In this document: in pieces, positions 1-10,950 of the stretch
Layout of the letters: each line of letters starts with the position of its first letter
Position numbering within the stretch: position 1 is the stretch's first letter
Origin: Sulfolobales archaeon HS-7
Lineage (GTDB): Archaea; Thermoproteota; Thermoprotei_A; Sulfolobales; Sulfolobaceae
Length of the DNA stretch: 64,000 nucleotides
Assembly (NCBI GenBank): GCA_019704295.1
Contig: AP024596.1
Location: 1,824,001 to 1,888,000, forward strand
Direction: 5' to 3'
Notes under the pieces: model-generated
Told to the model about the DNA's origin: nothing
Database searches by the model: none
The model's input: the letters and a program-made list of their open reading frames with translations, nothing else
Position numbers and translations under genes: made by a program

Positions 1-75
1 AGAGTGTCTAAGTGTTAGCATAGAGGTTACGAGAGATATTAAGGACATTTTACGGTCGTTCCATGAATGAGGTGG

Positions 76-197
76 AATACTTTCCTAAATTCCCACATAT
101 TCAGTTATATTTCGCAAAAGACCATTAGGCACTTTTAGTTCCGCAACGAGAGATAATTCAGGGCTCTTTTACGAACTGTAATTTATGAATAAAATAG
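76..197 (-). repeat. Family A ~120-bp degenerate intergenic repeat, reverse copy
   Basis: Reverse complement GGAACTAAAAGTGCCTAATGGTCTTTTG...GGAATTTAGGAAAGTA aligns by eye with 47025-47090; the other end is degenerate. Confidence 0.6.
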
Positions 198-300
198 TTT
201 AATAATTGACCTATTGAGCGTAAATCCCTACCTTATAGACGCAATAATATTCAATTGAATTCGTCACCCTCTCTTAAATAAATTGAATTCGTAAAGGACC
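154..300. repeat. Family B repeat, copy 1 (shared with 10616-10762)
   Basis: Colinear anchors TAATTCAGGG, TTGAGCGTAAAT and AAATAAAyTGAATT at near-identical spacing in both copies. Confidence 0.7.
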
Positions 301-560
301 TGTGAGTTCCCAGATTACTGTAACTTTTGCCCTGTTAATAAAAATTTGAATTGTTATTTCATAAGATTATCAGCACTGTAGCTTTTAGTATTTTTACTAA
401 ATTTAAGACTTATAATTTTTACATTAGTACCTCCCCCTTAAGAGAGTTAATTATTTTCATCCTTTTTCGCATTTTTAAATAAAAGTCGTTACTAACAGTT
501 TCCGATGAAACGCGGAGTTTAATACTTTATACATTATTTTATAGACGTTGTAGCCAATTG

Positions 561-706
561 CGGACGAACTTTCCCGAAAGGTAACAGGGCATTACACAAG
601 ATGTGTGAATTTACCCGCATCCACGAGCAGGTTTGAGTTAAGGTTATCCCGGTAAAGGAGTGCAGAAGGATGAAAGAGCAATGCCCCTGTCACTTCGGTC
701 AAGTCC
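561..706. repeat. Imperfect long inverted repeat (MITE-like element or structured RNA)
   Basis: CCGAAAGGTAACAGGGCATT pairs with AATGCCCCTGTCACTTCGG; nested TTTACC/GGTAAA stem; GC-richer than flanks. Confidence 0.4.
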
Positions 707-948
707 TAGCGTTAAGGAGTGAATATAAATTTATAAAAATTCAATAAAGCCTAACCCCTTGTTTCACACCCTTCCTTCTCACTTCGGAAACATTCCCAAA
801 GCAGAGTGGTCCATCATACAATGAAGCTTTAGTATTTCTCATAGTTAAAGTTACTCGCAAAGTCTTTATTACAGAATTCTATGAAGTAATGATATTTTCA
901 GTATAAGTAAAAAAACCTTTTATAACCGGTTAAGGGTAAGAAAGTACA

Positions 949-2277
949 ATGTCTGATGAAAAAGAAATTAAGCGTAATACAAACGACAAAAGTAGAAAAC
1001 TTTCGACGGGCGACCTGTTCTTTCTTTCCTTTGGAGGACAAGCTCCCTTTATTTCACTCTTAACTTTCGGCACAGTTATGATATCTGAGGTAGGCAGGCA
1101 AGGTGCCTTCGCTATGTTAGTAGCTACTATTATTGTAGCTTTAAACGGATTAGTCGTAAATAGGCTAAGTAACAGATTTAAGAGAGGTGGAGGATACTAC
1201 ACTTATGCCCACTATGGCTTAACGGAAAACTTAGGTACGAGTACTGGATGGGTTTATCTAGCTTATGCGTTATCATATGGAGGTACATTACTATCTGGAG
1301 GTGCTTACGTAACTTATTATATATTACAAGTTCTTCCTTTTTCCTTACCACCCTTTGTTTTTAATCAATGGTTTATTGCATTGATAATAAGTGGACTGGC
1401 ATCGGGATTAGTTGTGGCGGGGGTGAAAGCTTCAGCTAAATACGCTATGGTAATGTCGTCAATTGAAATGATAGTTATTATAGCGTTATCGATATTCTTT
1501 CTGAGAGATTCTGGATGGCGTTTCTACAATCCGATTTCTTTGAGAATTTCTCCTGCGTTTTTTGAAGCTGTAGTTTTCGGATTAGGAATTCCAACAGGCT
1601 ATGGTTCTATAGCTCCCTTAGGTTACGAAGCTGCGTCAAAAAGCATCGGGAAGGCGGCTATCATAGTAGTATTTTACGGCGGGTTACTAGCAACTTTCTT
1701 TTTCTACTCTTTAGGAGCGCTAGGATTTACGGGCAACCTGGTCCAATACTTACTCACTGACTTCGGAATAATTGGGGCTTTAATCATAGGATTTATTGCC
1801 CTGAATGACGGTACGCTTGGGGGTGTAGCTTACATTCTGGCCAATTCAAGAACACTAAAAGCTATGTCTGAGGACAAAGTCTTTCCCTCTATATTAGGTA
1901 AAAACGTGTCCGGTAAGCCGCTGTATTCGGAGATTCTTATCTCAGGAATTTTTATCACTATAATATCAGTATTAGCAAAATTTATTGGCCTTTATGGGGT
2001 ATTTGTGGTTTTGGGAGGTCTAGCGGGAATTTTCAATCTGTTCATTCATTCTTCCGCAGATCTCTCCCTCGTAAGAATTGCCGCCAAAAGAATGAAAAGG
2101 CATTGGCAGGAGGTCGTCGTAGGCATAGTAGCTACATTAGTGAGCATTGGGGTAATGCTTTATTCCTTTGCCTCCTTTTCGCTAACAATGATAACCATAT
2201 TCCTAGGGTGGATAGTCCTAGGATTTTTCTATTTAGAAATTAAAGAAATGTTATCGTCTTCGACTGAAGAGGGCTAG
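949..2277 (+). CDS. APC family amino acid permease
   Basis: About 12 hydrophobic segments; GGGYYTYA loop motif typical of APC transporters. Confidence 0.85.
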   Translation: MSDEKEIKRNTNDKSRKLSTGDLFFLSFGGQAPFISLLTFGTVMISEVGRQGAFAMLVATIIVALNGLVVNRLSNRFKRGGGYYTYAHYGLTENLGTSTGWVYLAYALSYGGTLLSGGAYVTYYILQVLPFSLPPFVFNQWFIALIISGLASGLVVAGVKASAKYAMVMSSIEMIVIIALSIFFLRDSGWRFYNPISLRISPAFFEAVVFGLGIPTGYGSIAPLGYEAASKSIGKAAIIVVFYGGLLATFFFYSLGALGFTGNLVQYLLTDFGIIGALIIGFIALNDGTLGGVAYILANSRTLKAMSEDKVFPSILGKNVSGKPLYSEILISGIFITIISVLAKFIGLYGVFVVLGGLAGIFNLFIHSSADLSLVRIAAKRMKRHWQEVVVGIVATLVSIGVMLYSFASFSLTMITIFLGWIVLGFFYLEIKEMLSSSTEEG

Positions 2278-2307
2278 ATTAGTCTTCACAGTATTTTTCA
2301 ATAAACC

Positions 2308-2547
2308 TCATTCAGCACGTATAATAACTGCATATCTAAAGGTATAAAACGGTATATCTGGATCAAACTGTATTACGTCGAATCTTTCTAGGGGATCTGA
2401 AATATCTACAATCTGAATTTCGAAACCGTTGTATAGTCTCTTGGCCAGCTGATAACACGAATCTATCTCCTCTTTTGAATTAGATAAACAAAAGACTCCA
2501 GCGTTATTGGTTATTACAGGTCCGAAAACCGACTTAAAACTTCCCAC
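2308..2547 (-). CDS. Hypothetical protein
   Basis: 79-aa ORF with an upstream TTAAAT TATA-like box; no recognisable motif. Confidence 0.6.
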   Translation of the reverse strand: MGSFKSVFGPVITNNAGVFCLSNSKEEIDSCYQLAKRLYNGFEIQIVDISDPLERFDVIQFDPDIPFYTFRYAVIIRAE

Positions 2548-2630
2548 CCCTTGATTATTTAAAGTATGTTAATTTAAGGTTACGGCACCTCATATCCCTT
2601 CAAAGACGATGATTCGCTTCGAACTCCTTT

Positions 2631-2755
2631 ATAGCAATTCTGAACTTTATGCAAATAGAGTTAAATAAGTGATTAAATTAACTTATAGGAATTAAAAATC
2701 CTTCGATTGCTTTTTATTTAGCGCCGTAAAAACTACTGAAATCTAGAAAAGTTCC
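2631..2755 (+). repeat. Family A repeat; a more decayed tandem copy follows at ~2770-2868
   Basis: TTCTGAACTTTATG...GGAATTAAAAATCCTTCGATTGCTTTT...GAAATCTAGAAAAGT aligns with 46970-47091. Confidence 0.55.
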
Positions 2756-2927
2756 GTAAGGATTGCACGTTGTTGGACTTTTACTACACGCAAACAATAT
2801 CGTAACTCGGAATTGATAGATTTCAATAATTTCCCGAGAAGATGGATTCCCAAAAACTGAGGAATATCGTAAGGAGTAAATCTTATGGCTTGTAACGAAT
2901 GCTTTAACAAGTTATTCTTTAAGACCT

Positions 2928-3239
2928 TTAGAAAACAACCGATAAATTGTCAAAGGAAGGCCTCTTAAACCCATACCTAATTGGAAGTATTGCTTCGTCT
3001 TCTTTTTCCTTTCCTGAAACTACGCTAAGAATCCTTTCTTTTAATTTGTTCAAGTCTTCAGTAAAATTCAGGACATGACCGTCAACCTCTAAATATACTT
3101 CGTCATTAACAAGTAAGTCCGATTCCGTCTCTATATAAATTCCTCCTATCGAATTCTCCAATTCCGACTTTAGTTGATACATTGTACTTACGGCTTCAGC
3201 ACCACTTCCTAACCCATGAATAACCTTTATCTCAACCAT
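2928..3239 (-). CDS. Hypothetical protein
   Basis: 103-aa ATG-initiated ORF with upstream TTATAT box. Confidence 0.65.
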   Translation of the reverse strand: MVEIKVIHGLGSGAEAVSTMYQLKSELENSIGGIYIETESDLLVNDEVYLEVDGHVLNFTEDLNKLKERILSVVSGKEKEDEAILPIRYGFKRPSFDNLSVVF

Positions 3240-3567
3240 TAAACCACGTTATTTAGATTATGAGTGAAGTGTTATATAATCAGTTTGTCGTGATATTACC
3301 ATGTCTTGATCCGCAATACACCCAGATGAAACCCCTTAACGAGGTATGTTAAGTGATCTTCTACATGCGTTTTAGAAGTCAGCATTATCTAGAATATACG
3401 CAAGAGCCGTTATTATCTATTTTAATGATCTTGTTATAATGTAAGTCCTCAGTTGGCTTCTGCGAAAATATTACAGCATCTGTTGGAATTTCAGACATGC
3501 TGATTTATCGTCACTAATAGTATTAATGGTATGTATAAGTACTCGCGTTATTTATGTTAAATTCAGA

Positions 3568-4182
3568 CTATTTTAGGATAGTCCCTGTCTCACGATACCA
3601 AAGGTAGAGGTCTAGAATTCCTGGTTTCAAATTAAAATTACGGGAAATTGAACTCAATACGGATTCTAGGTAAAGATACCTTTTTCTCGTTAATGACGTT
3701 TTAACGGGAACATATTCCGATAAATAGTCAATTACATGCCTATCGATTATACCCAATTCATAAAAACCTACATTTCTAAGAAAATGACTTGCCTCCTTAA
3801 GACCAATTCCATCGATTTGTAACAGGAATTCCCGTGCCTCAAACTGATCCCTTTTCGCAACGGGGAAAACTGCGTCCCTTAGGCTCCGCCTCCACTTCAA
3901 TGCACTAACTAAATATCCAGATTTAATGTTATAAAACCTATACCCTGAGTCCCTTAACCTTTTGGAAATTAAGTTGCGGTCGCCCGTTAAAATTATATCA
4001 TAGATATTATTCCATGCCCCATAGGCTGATATAAATGAAGAGTTAGCTGTTAGTATACAAAGTAACAGTTCCCTAAACCATTTCTCGTTACTTGCTCTTC
4101 TGTTAAGTTCGAACTCCTCAACCCTTTCTAATACTCTTGCCCTTAGTCTTTCGTCTTTTACGAGTTCTTTTAGTCCTCGCAT
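3568..4182 (-). CDS. ogg: 8-oxoguanine DNA glycosylase/AP lyase (Ogg2 type)
   Basis: ELLLCILTANSS, HhH motif GIGLKEASHFLRNVG, IIDRH, C-terminal ILK. Confidence 0.92.
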   Translation of the reverse strand: MRGLKELVKDERLRARVLERVEEFELNRRASNEKWFRELLLCILTANSSFISAYGAWNNIYDIILTGDRNLISKRLRDSGYRFYNIKSGYLVSALKWRRSLRDAVFPVAKRDQFEAREFLLQIDGIGLKEASHFLRNVGFYELGIIDRHVIDYLSEYVPVKTSLTRKRYLYLESVLSSISRNFNLKPGILDLYLWYRETGTILK

Positions 4183-4615
4183 TTTTCTGTTTTTTCTTAC
4201 TCTCGATTTTAGGTTTACTTTGCTCTTTCTCTGTTTTAGTAACGATCTTTACATTGCCGTTTCCCCAGAAGGTAACTAGTTCTACTTTTTCTGACAACTC
4301 TACGTCGCCTTTGAAAAGAAGGGTATTCTCTAACGGATATTCTGTTATTGCGTTTTCCTGTTCTGCGGAATTTACTACAGTTAACTTGGTTATTGGAGTA
4401 GGCGTGGGAAACAGTAAATTTCCCCTTCCTCCATTAATGAATATTAGGGAATCATCAGCATTAGTTATCCTATACACCCTTTCCCCGTCATTCATATGTT
4501 CCGCATCGGACTCTGTAATGTTTGCCTCCTCTTCCTTAACTTTCTTCACCATATCGAAGGTTACACCATAAATAGATACTTTTTGCTGTTCGTAGACTTC
4601 TACTTTCATCTTCAA
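4118..4615 (-). CDS. Hypothetical protein with Lys/Arg-rich C-terminal tail
   Basis: 165-aa ORF; its last 65 nt overlap the ogg 5' end in another frame. Confidence 0.65.
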   Translation of the reverse strand: MKMKVEVYEQQKVSIYGVTFDMVKKVKEEEANITESDAEHMNDGERVYRITNADDSLIFINGGRGNLLFPTPTPITKLTVVNSAEQENAITEYPLENTLLFKGDVELSEKVELVTFWGNGNVKIVTKTEKEQSKPKIESKKKQKNARTKRTRKRRKTKGKSIRKG

Positions 4616-4997
4616 TGTGAAATACCGGAAACTATTCTTCGTGTACTGTTTTAAATCTTTTTGACTTGCTGATGAGAGAATAAGTTAGTATTTTCGGGAA
4701 ATATAATACTTCATCACAGTTATTAATTTACATAAGTCCTAATAATAAAGAATTTAATCGTTTTTAGTATTCAAAGGTATATCATAATTTACCAAACTCT
4801 TACTTTCCCTAGCCTCCTTACTTTCTAAGAATGTTCGATAAATGCCTAGGGTTTAATGTAGTACGTCATGAGATGACAGTAAAAACTAGCTGGTATTATC
4901 GTCCCTATAAACTAAGGCCTATGTAAGTCTTTAACATTCATTAAGATGAAAGCGACGAAATATTGAAACTTAGCTCTTGCAAAAAAGCATCCTTACC

Positions 4998-5119
4998 GAC
5001 ACTTTCCTGACTCTTACCTACTAACGTTAGTGACATTTTAAAATGTAAATATTGGAATTATAGGCTTTCAGTTACTTCATCGTAAATATATAGTAATCTT
5101 GAAAACTCAGTAAAGCGTG
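4998..5119 (+). repeat. Family A repeat
   Basis: Ends ACACTTTCCTGACTCTT and AAAACTCAGTAAAGCGT form an imperfect inverted repeat; internal ACTAACGTTA and GGAATTA. Confidence 0.65.
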
Positions 5120-5247
5120 GGAGGGGAATTTATTAGTAACGCTTTCTCTTTTTAGGTATAAATAGCTACTTACTATTATAGGAACTGAGAAAAATCTGCT
5201 CAAGCAAGGACATACCGGATCCCATTACGTTACCTTAATCAAATGTA

Positions 5248-5335
<88 letters not shown>

Positions 5336-5419
5336 ACGATATTAACCCGCTATTAATTAATAAAAGATTAACTAACACTCGCTTTCCCTAAGAATCGACT
5401 CTCGGTAGAAGTATCTTCT

Positions 5420-6145
5420 TTAGGCTAGCTTCGTCCATACAAGAGGTATTATTTTCTCATATTTTAAGTCGTTTATAATTACGCTAATTTCGACCCTGTT
5501 TAGATTTGGATCCCTCTTAATACTTATTGAAGGTGTTCCCAAGTAAGTCAGTTTATCTTTTATAATATTCTCATTAAGTTCATATTCTAAATTGAAACAA
5601 GTAAGTAGCGTAAGAAGTTGATTATTCTTAATTTTTCCATCAGAGGCTTTACACTTTTTTGATATAAATGACGAAATTAGATAGTCGAGAGTTATTGGTA
5701 TCTCGGATGCAGATAATCCCACTGGGGGAAGAAGCAATTTAATGTTCCTTTTGCTTTTTTCAACTTTCTTTATCAAGAGTTCGGTGTCTAAGAAAAAGAA
5801 CCTTTTGTTACAACATGCTATCTCGTCTACATCAAGTTTGACTATTTCAGCCTTACCTTCTGTCCTTCCGTGAAACTTCGATATGAACGTCTCTTTGGTC
5901 GGAGAGGCAAAGAAAACTGCCATAATTTTAGATTCAACTAATGCAGGAATTCTCTCATGAATGTTATATGAGAGAAAATACACATCATGATATTTGAGAT
6001 GGAATGATTTTACCGTGTCTGCTACGATCTCAAATACTGTAGAAAGCAGTTTGTTTCTCCTTATGATTAACCATTCTCCAAATTCGTCCTCATATATCAT
6101 CTCTTTACCGTCATTATGCTTCTTGAAAAGCCGCACAAAAGTCAC
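5420..6145 (-). CDS. Hypothetical protein downstream of tbp
   Basis: 241-aa ORF, GTG start; no recognisable motif. Confidence 0.7.
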   Translation of the reverse strand: MTFVRLFKKHNDGKEMIYEDEFGEWLIIRRNKLLSTVFEIVADTVKSFHLKYHDVYFLSYNIHERIPALVESKIMAVFFASPTKETFISKFHGRTEGKAEIVKLDVDEIACCNKRFFFLDTELLIKKVEKSKRNIKLLLPPVGLSASEIPITLDYLISSFISKKCKASDGKIKNNQLLTLLTCFNLEYELNENIIKDKLTYLGTPSISIKRDPNLNRVEISVIINDLKYEKIIPLVWTKLA

Positions 6146-6219
6146 TTAATTATATCTCTTGTCTCAAGAATAAAAAAATAAGGCTAAATAGTGTAGATTG
6201 AGGAGGTCAGATTTCACAG

Positions 6220-6822
6220 CTAAAATTCTATATCCTCTTCTTCCTCTTGTTGTCTAACACACTGTATTTCAACAAGCTTATCAAATATTTTCCTGACAGC
6301 CTTTACCACTTCCTCCTCACTCTTTGCACCGGTTATGACCATTTTCCCACTGCTAAATATCAAAAGAACAACACGAGGGTCAAACATTCTGTAAATAAGT
6401 CCCGGAAACTGTTCAGGTTCATACATTATGTTCTCAAGGAGATATGCCGCCTTATCTAAGTTTACTATTAAATGGAGATTTGCGGACGCTACGATATTCT
6501 GGATCTGAATTTTAGGCCTCCCAGTAATATTTATTCCATATTTCTTTAAGGTCCTTATAATTCTTTTTACCGCCGTGATTAATTCATCTGTGCTCTTTGC
6601 ACCAGTTACTACCATTTTACCCGACTTGAATATCAGAGACGTAACCTTGGGATTCTCTAAACGAAAAATTAGACCCGGAAACTGATCTGGATCGTACTCG
6701 ACATTAGGTACACTCCTCTCCATAGCGTAGAGATCCAATCCCTGTTCAAGTGAAACAGTAGCAACTATATTCTCTACGTTTTGAGCAGCCGTATACTCTA
6801 TCTTTTCTTTACCGTTGCTCAT
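6220..6822 (-). CDS. tbp: TATA-box binding protein
   Basis: Two repeats NIVA...Y(D/E)P(D/E)QFPGLI; acidic tail; SD GAGGTGA upstream. Confidence 0.98.
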   Translation of the reverse strand: MSNGKEKIEYTAAQNVENIVATVSLEQGLDLYAMERSVPNVEYDPDQFPGLIFRLENPKVTSLIFKSGKMVVTGAKSTDELITAVKRIIRTLKKYGINITGRPKIQIQNIVASANLHLIVNLDKAAYLLENIMYEPEQFPGLIYRMFDPRVVLLIFSSGKMVITGAKSEEEVVKAVRKIFDKLVEIQCVRQQEEEEDIEF

Positions 6823-6975
6823 CTCATCACCTCATAATTTGAAGAATGTGAGCGTTCTCTCATGTTCTCCTAAAAAGATATATATACCTCCTATTTAAAT
6901 CCATCACTTATAAACACTGAGTATGCCACTGCCAGTATAGTTAGCTTAATAAGTTGTTTAAAGAATCATATTTCA

Positions 6976-7030
6976 TAGATGATATACCGCTGTAAGGGCT
7001 GAAAAAGTGATGTGAACTGGGCTGTTGAAC
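6976..7030 (+). ncRNA. Candidate box C/D sRNA (orphan guides)
   Basis: C ATGATAT, D' CTGA, C' GTGATGT, D TTGA; compensatory A-U replaces the C/D G-C pair; 13- and 11-nt guides. Confidence 0.5.
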
Positions 7031-7306
7031 ATGAAGTGGTTTAAGAAGAGGGAGATAATAGCTTATATGTTATTGAGGCAGAATTTTGGAGATAAGGAAT
7101 TCACTTTGTTCGAGGGAATCGAGCTACTAAGCCCTTATTTTTCTAAAAGAGTTGCTAAAAACATAGTTATTTACCTCAAAAAGAGAGGACTATTAGTATG
7201 CAAGGGAAATAACCTAAAGGTTGAGGATTTGTACTTGTACCTACAGGAAAAGCTGCTCCCAGAATACTTGAACAGGAGAATTACTCTTCGTCAAAAATCT
7301 CAATAG
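7031..7306 (+). CDS. Small winged-helix-like protein
   Basis: FTLFEGIELL...LKKRGLL pattern; ATG at 7031 preferred over TTG at 7025. Confidence 0.65.
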   Translation: MKWFKKREIIAYMLLRQNFGDKEFTLFEGIELLSPYFSKRVAKNIVIYLKKRGLLVCKGNNLKVEDLYLYLQEKLLPEYLNRRITLRQKSQ

Positions 7307-7607
7307 TGACCTTAGCTTTAACCTCCTTTCTACTGAGTGGAGGAACAGACGTTCCTAAGTCAACTCCGGCTACTACTGTATTTCCCAAGGAATCAGTAAA
7401 AGATACTTCTGCCAGGAACTTTTTACTCATTTCGGGATTCTGCATCATCTTCATAACCTCGCTGTATATTCGACTAAGAGCCATTTGGAGTGATAACGGA
7501 CTTGTAAAATCTTCCGGTTTTAGTTGAATTGACACTAGATTACCCATCACTTCTCCTATCTTAGCCTTTGCTTCAAACTCTACTTTGAAACTAGGTTGAG
7601 AACTCAT
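7281..7607 (-). CDS. Conserved hypothetical protein
   Basis: 108-aa ORF downstream of alba. Confidence 0.7.
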   Translation of the reverse strand: MSSQPSFKVEFEAKAKIGEVMGNLVSIQLKPEDFTSPLSLQMALSRIYSEVMKMMQNPEMSKKFLAEVSFTDSLGNTVVAGVDLGTSVPPLSRKEVKAKVTIEIFDEE

Positions 7608-7685
7608 ATCTACCTGACAATATTAAGGAGGAATGCATATTAAAACTTTGTAGTAAGCAGTAAAAACTGAAACATTTAAAAATTT

Positions 7686-7982
7686 TTATGCCTTCTTGCT
7701 TACGCCTATTTCTATCGTGGATACTCTAGATTGCCTTCCATCTTGACTTGTTACAACTTGGCTTCCTATCTTTATTTCCTTTATAGTTATCTTATCAGGA
7801 AGGAACCTGTTCCTTACAATTTCTACAGTATCTACGGCTTTACTTATGGCCCTGCCCCTAGCCTTTATGGTTATTTCTGGCACTCCCTGATTTAACAGGG
7901 TTAGGGACGCTAACACATAGTTCATTACAGGTTTCTTTCCTACTAAGACTACATTACTTGGTGTTGGAGACGTTGTGGACAT
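7686..7982 (-). CDS. albA: Chromatin protein Alba 1
   Basis: [21 protein letters not shown]; SD GGTGA favours ATG at 7982. Confidence 0.97.
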   Translation of the reverse strand: MSTTSPTPSNVVLVGKKPVMNYVLASLTLLNQGVPEITIKARGRAISKAVDTVEIVRNRFLPDKITIKEIKIGSQVVTSQDGRQSRVSTIEIGVSKKA

Positions 7983-8057
7983 CTTATCACCCATACCGTC
8001 AGGGTTACATAAGATATTTAGAGTTTTAAAAGCTAACGCATTGAGTGGTTGCGTTTT

Positions 8058-9857
8058 TTACGTAGCCTCTTCAGAGGACTCGCTCTTTATCTCCATCCTT
8101 GAATTATTATACATTTCAATGATCTCATCGGTAGTTGTAGCGTCTTCAGGGGATTTATCGTCTCTCCATCTAATAAAACGGGGGAATCTCACAGACAGTC
8201 CAACATCTTTCTTGAATACGTCGGAACAACATGGGTGATTTAGTGATAGTGTAAGTTCAGCACCTCTAATTTCCATCAGAACAGCAGGTTCAAGCCATAT
8301 ATCAGGTTCGAGTTTGCTCTCAACACGGGGATGCTTATTTTCTCTCCTCCACTGCAAAATCCTCTTTTGTAACTCCGCCAAATCGTCCTCACTGAATCCA
8401 GACGCTACCTTACACAACGCTTCAAACACGTCTTTATGTGGATTGTAGGCAGCAGCTAGTACCGAACTATAGATTCCACCTCTTTTTCCTCTTCCGTAGA
8501 ATGCTCCAACGGCCACTAAGTCCAACGTGTCCGCCATCTCATTACGGTAATCTCGTTTTAGCTTTATCCACTGCCATCCTCTAGCCCCCGCTTGATACTT
8601 AGAATCCTCTGAAATCGATTTAACCATAACTCCCTCTGCTCCTTCATTTATTGCCTGATAAAAGAATCTCTCTAGCTCGGTCACATTACTTACTATAACA
8701 CTATTAGCAATAGTTACATTCTCATTCTGCTCTACTATTCCTTCAAGCGCTTTTCTCCTCTCTAGTTGACCTTTTACTGTATAATCCTCGTCATTGAGGA
8801 ACATTAGATCGAATAAAAAAACTTTTACCGGATACTCCTTTACTGCCGAATGAATGTCATTCTTTCTCTTTCTGTGCATGAGTTCTTGAAAGGGTCTCAT
8901 TTCCTGACTTTCTGGATCAATTGCTACTATTTCGCCTTCTATAATGAAATTATTGGCTTTGACTGATTTATTGATGTATTCAACAACGTCTGGATACTGA
9001 GAGCTTATATTTTCAAGCCTCCTAGAGTAGATGAAAGTTTTACCTTCCCTCCGATGTATTTGTCCTCTTTCCCCATCATATTTATAATCAACTAATGCCC
9101 TTCCATTAACTTTTGTTATTATCTCTGAAGGTTCTGATAATCTTTCAGCCAACATGGGCCTTATCGGAATTCCTGGTTCCGGTTTTACGTTTTTAATTGC
9201 CTCGATACCGTCTTTGACCAGAATTTTCGCTATTGTTCCGAGATCTGCCCTCAAGTTATATGCCCTCTCTATTATTTCGCTGTTCTGCTGTTCACCGGTA
9301 TATGCTAAGGCCATCGCATCAATTATAGTAGAATCTCCTATGCCGACTCTCAGTTTGCCTTCTACAAACCTCACAATGTATTTTGCCTCTAAGGGTGAGG
9401 ACTGTTTTATTAGACCTGTTAGGAGTTTGATTTTAAGATCTCTACTTCTCTCTCCCGTCATTGTTGCAATTCTAGTTAGCGTATCATATACCATTTCCAC
9501 TGTAAGGGAATTCTGATTTATCCCGAGAAAGGTCGATAACGATTTGGAATCAACTTTTCCTTTTAGTTCCGCTACAACCTCACCAAGGTCTCCAACCTCA
9601 TTAAGCCGTTTATCGATAGAACTTTCGGATATGCCCGTAGCCGCTTCTACTGCTTTTATAATAAATCTCTCACCTATGCCAAGTTCGGGCATTCCCAGAA
9701 AATCAGGCCAGAGCTTACCCTGAATAATGTAAATTATCTTATCAACGTGCTGTTTATCAGTTTTAAGGAAAAGTTCTGACAATAGATTGGTAAGCTGAAT
9801 TCTCGACGATATCTTTTCCAATCTATCGAAATACTCTGCAACGATTTTGAAATCCAT
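8058..9857 (-). CDS. lig: ATP-dependent DNA ligase
   Basis: Motif [28 protein letters not shown]. Confidence 0.98.
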   Translation of the reverse strand: MDFKIVAEYFDRLEKISSRIQLTNLLSELFLKTDKQHVDKIIYIIQGKLWPDFLGMPELGIGERFIIKAVEAATGISESSIDKRLNEVGDLGEVVAELKGKVDSKSLSTFLGINQNSLTVEMVYDTLTRIATMTGERSRDLKIKLLTGLIKQSSPLEAKYIVRFVEGKLRVGIGDSTIIDAMALAYTGEQQNSEIIERAYNLRADLGTIAKILVKDGIEAIKNVKPEPGIPIRPMLAERLSEPSEIITKVNGRALVDYKYDGERGQIHRREGKTFIYSRRLENISSQYPDVVEYINKSVKANNFIIEGEIVAIDPESQEMRPFQELMHRKRKNDIHSAVKEYPVKVFLFDLMFLNDEDYTVKGQLERRKALEGIVEQNENVTIANSVIVSNVTELERFFYQAINEGAEGVMVKSISEDSKYQAGARGWQWIKLKRDYRNEMADTLDLVAVGAFYGRGKRGGIYSSVLAAAYNPHKDVFEALCKVASGFSEDDLAELQKRILQWRRENKHPRVESKLEPDIWLEPAVLMEIRGAELTLSLNHPCCSDVFKKDVGLSVRFPRFIRWRDDKSPEDATTTDEIIEMYNNSRMEIKSESSEEAT

Positions 9858-9911
9858 AATAAGAAATAATAGTATTCTACAAATAAAACCTCTAACTCAA
9901 GTATTGGCGTT

Positions 9912-10265
9912 TCAGAAAAAAGTTCTCTCAGAAAAGAGCTTATCGTCAGCTCGAATTTCTACCTCAGGATACATATCCATTAGTATTTTATCAAAGTCTA
10001 CTTTACTCAATGTCTTTAGGTAATCCTTTAAGTTTTCGCTATTTACATCTCGAGTCTTCACAACGAGGTTACATATATATGTAGCCATCTGCGTATTACA
10101 CACTATTGCCTTAATTATTCTAATTTCATCCACTTCAAGGTCGAAATTAAAATATGCAATTAGACCACTAATTTTCTTCTTAGTCGGAATTATTGTATCA
10201 ATTATCATTAAATTATTCTCCTCTACTGTCGTTACCTGTAAGCCGTTCATTAAGATTTTTTTCAA
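9912..10265 (-). CDS. Hypothetical protein
   Basis: 117-aa ORF co-oriented with lig. Confidence 0.6.
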   Translation of the reverse strand: MKKILMNGLQVTTVEENNLMIIDTIIPTKKKISGLIAYFNFDLEVDEIRIIKAIVCNTQMATYICNLVVKTRDVNSENLKDYLKTLSKVDFDKILMDMYPEVEIRADDKLFSERTFF

Positions 10266-10297
10266 GTGACAAAACCTTAAGATAGTTTAGTAGTAGT

Positions 10298-10513
10298 TCA
10301 TATAGTAATTAGTTGTTCCCCACAAAAGGGACATTTGTATTTAACGTTCCTTGCATCAGCCTCACAAAAATACGCTCTTAGTTTCTCAGCATCTTTTGGA
10401 CACGTATATATGATAGTGCCTCCTACCCTAATGCTCCTACTGCATATCACGCACTTATGCGTCAACCATCCAGAGTGGCCATAGGCGTTAGTTCCCTTCA
10501 TTCTTATACTCAT
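10298..10513 (-). CDS. Small Cys-rich zinc-finger protein
   Basis: CVIC, CPKD, CEAD and CPFC motifs; GTGA SD-like element upstream. Confidence 0.75.
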   Translation of the reverse strand: MSIRMKGTNAYGHSGWLTHKCVICSRSIRVGGTIIYTCPKDAEKLRAYFCEADARNVKYKCPFCGEQLITI

Positions 10514-10615
10514 TTAGCAATCACACGTGTTGTTAAGTTAACTACACTATAAATAATTTCCGCTATTATTACCTACCTTAAGCAATGGAAAAACATTGAT
10601 AAAACTAACCAGTGG

Positions 10616-10762
10616 TAATTCAGGGTTCTTTTACTAATGTAACTTATGAGAAAGGTCGACGAAATAAAGTAAATTGTTGAGCGTAAATTCCCATGCCGTC
10701 ATTGCTGTAGTATTGAATTAAATTGTTACAATTATTGAAATAAACTGAATTTGCAAGGGAGA
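10616..10762. repeat. Family B repeat, copy 2
   Basis: Colinear similarity to 154-300. Confidence 0.7.
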
Positions 10763-10950
10763 ACTGAATTACCCATTTTCAAGAACAGATTATATTCTTC
10801 ACCATTAAGGAATTTCTAAGTTAACCGTAATAACAACTTCCTTAACTCGAATTAAAAAAAGATTCTTCGAAATTTACTAGGTTTCCTTGAATGTAATAAT
10901 TGGCATATGCTTTTAATTTAAGCAATGTAGACATAAAGATAGAATACCTG

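Noticed and set aside
3290-3520. Possible C/D sRNAs near 3290-3345(+) and 3448-3515(-)
   Set aside because: Boxes incomplete or wrongly spaced; guide matches too short
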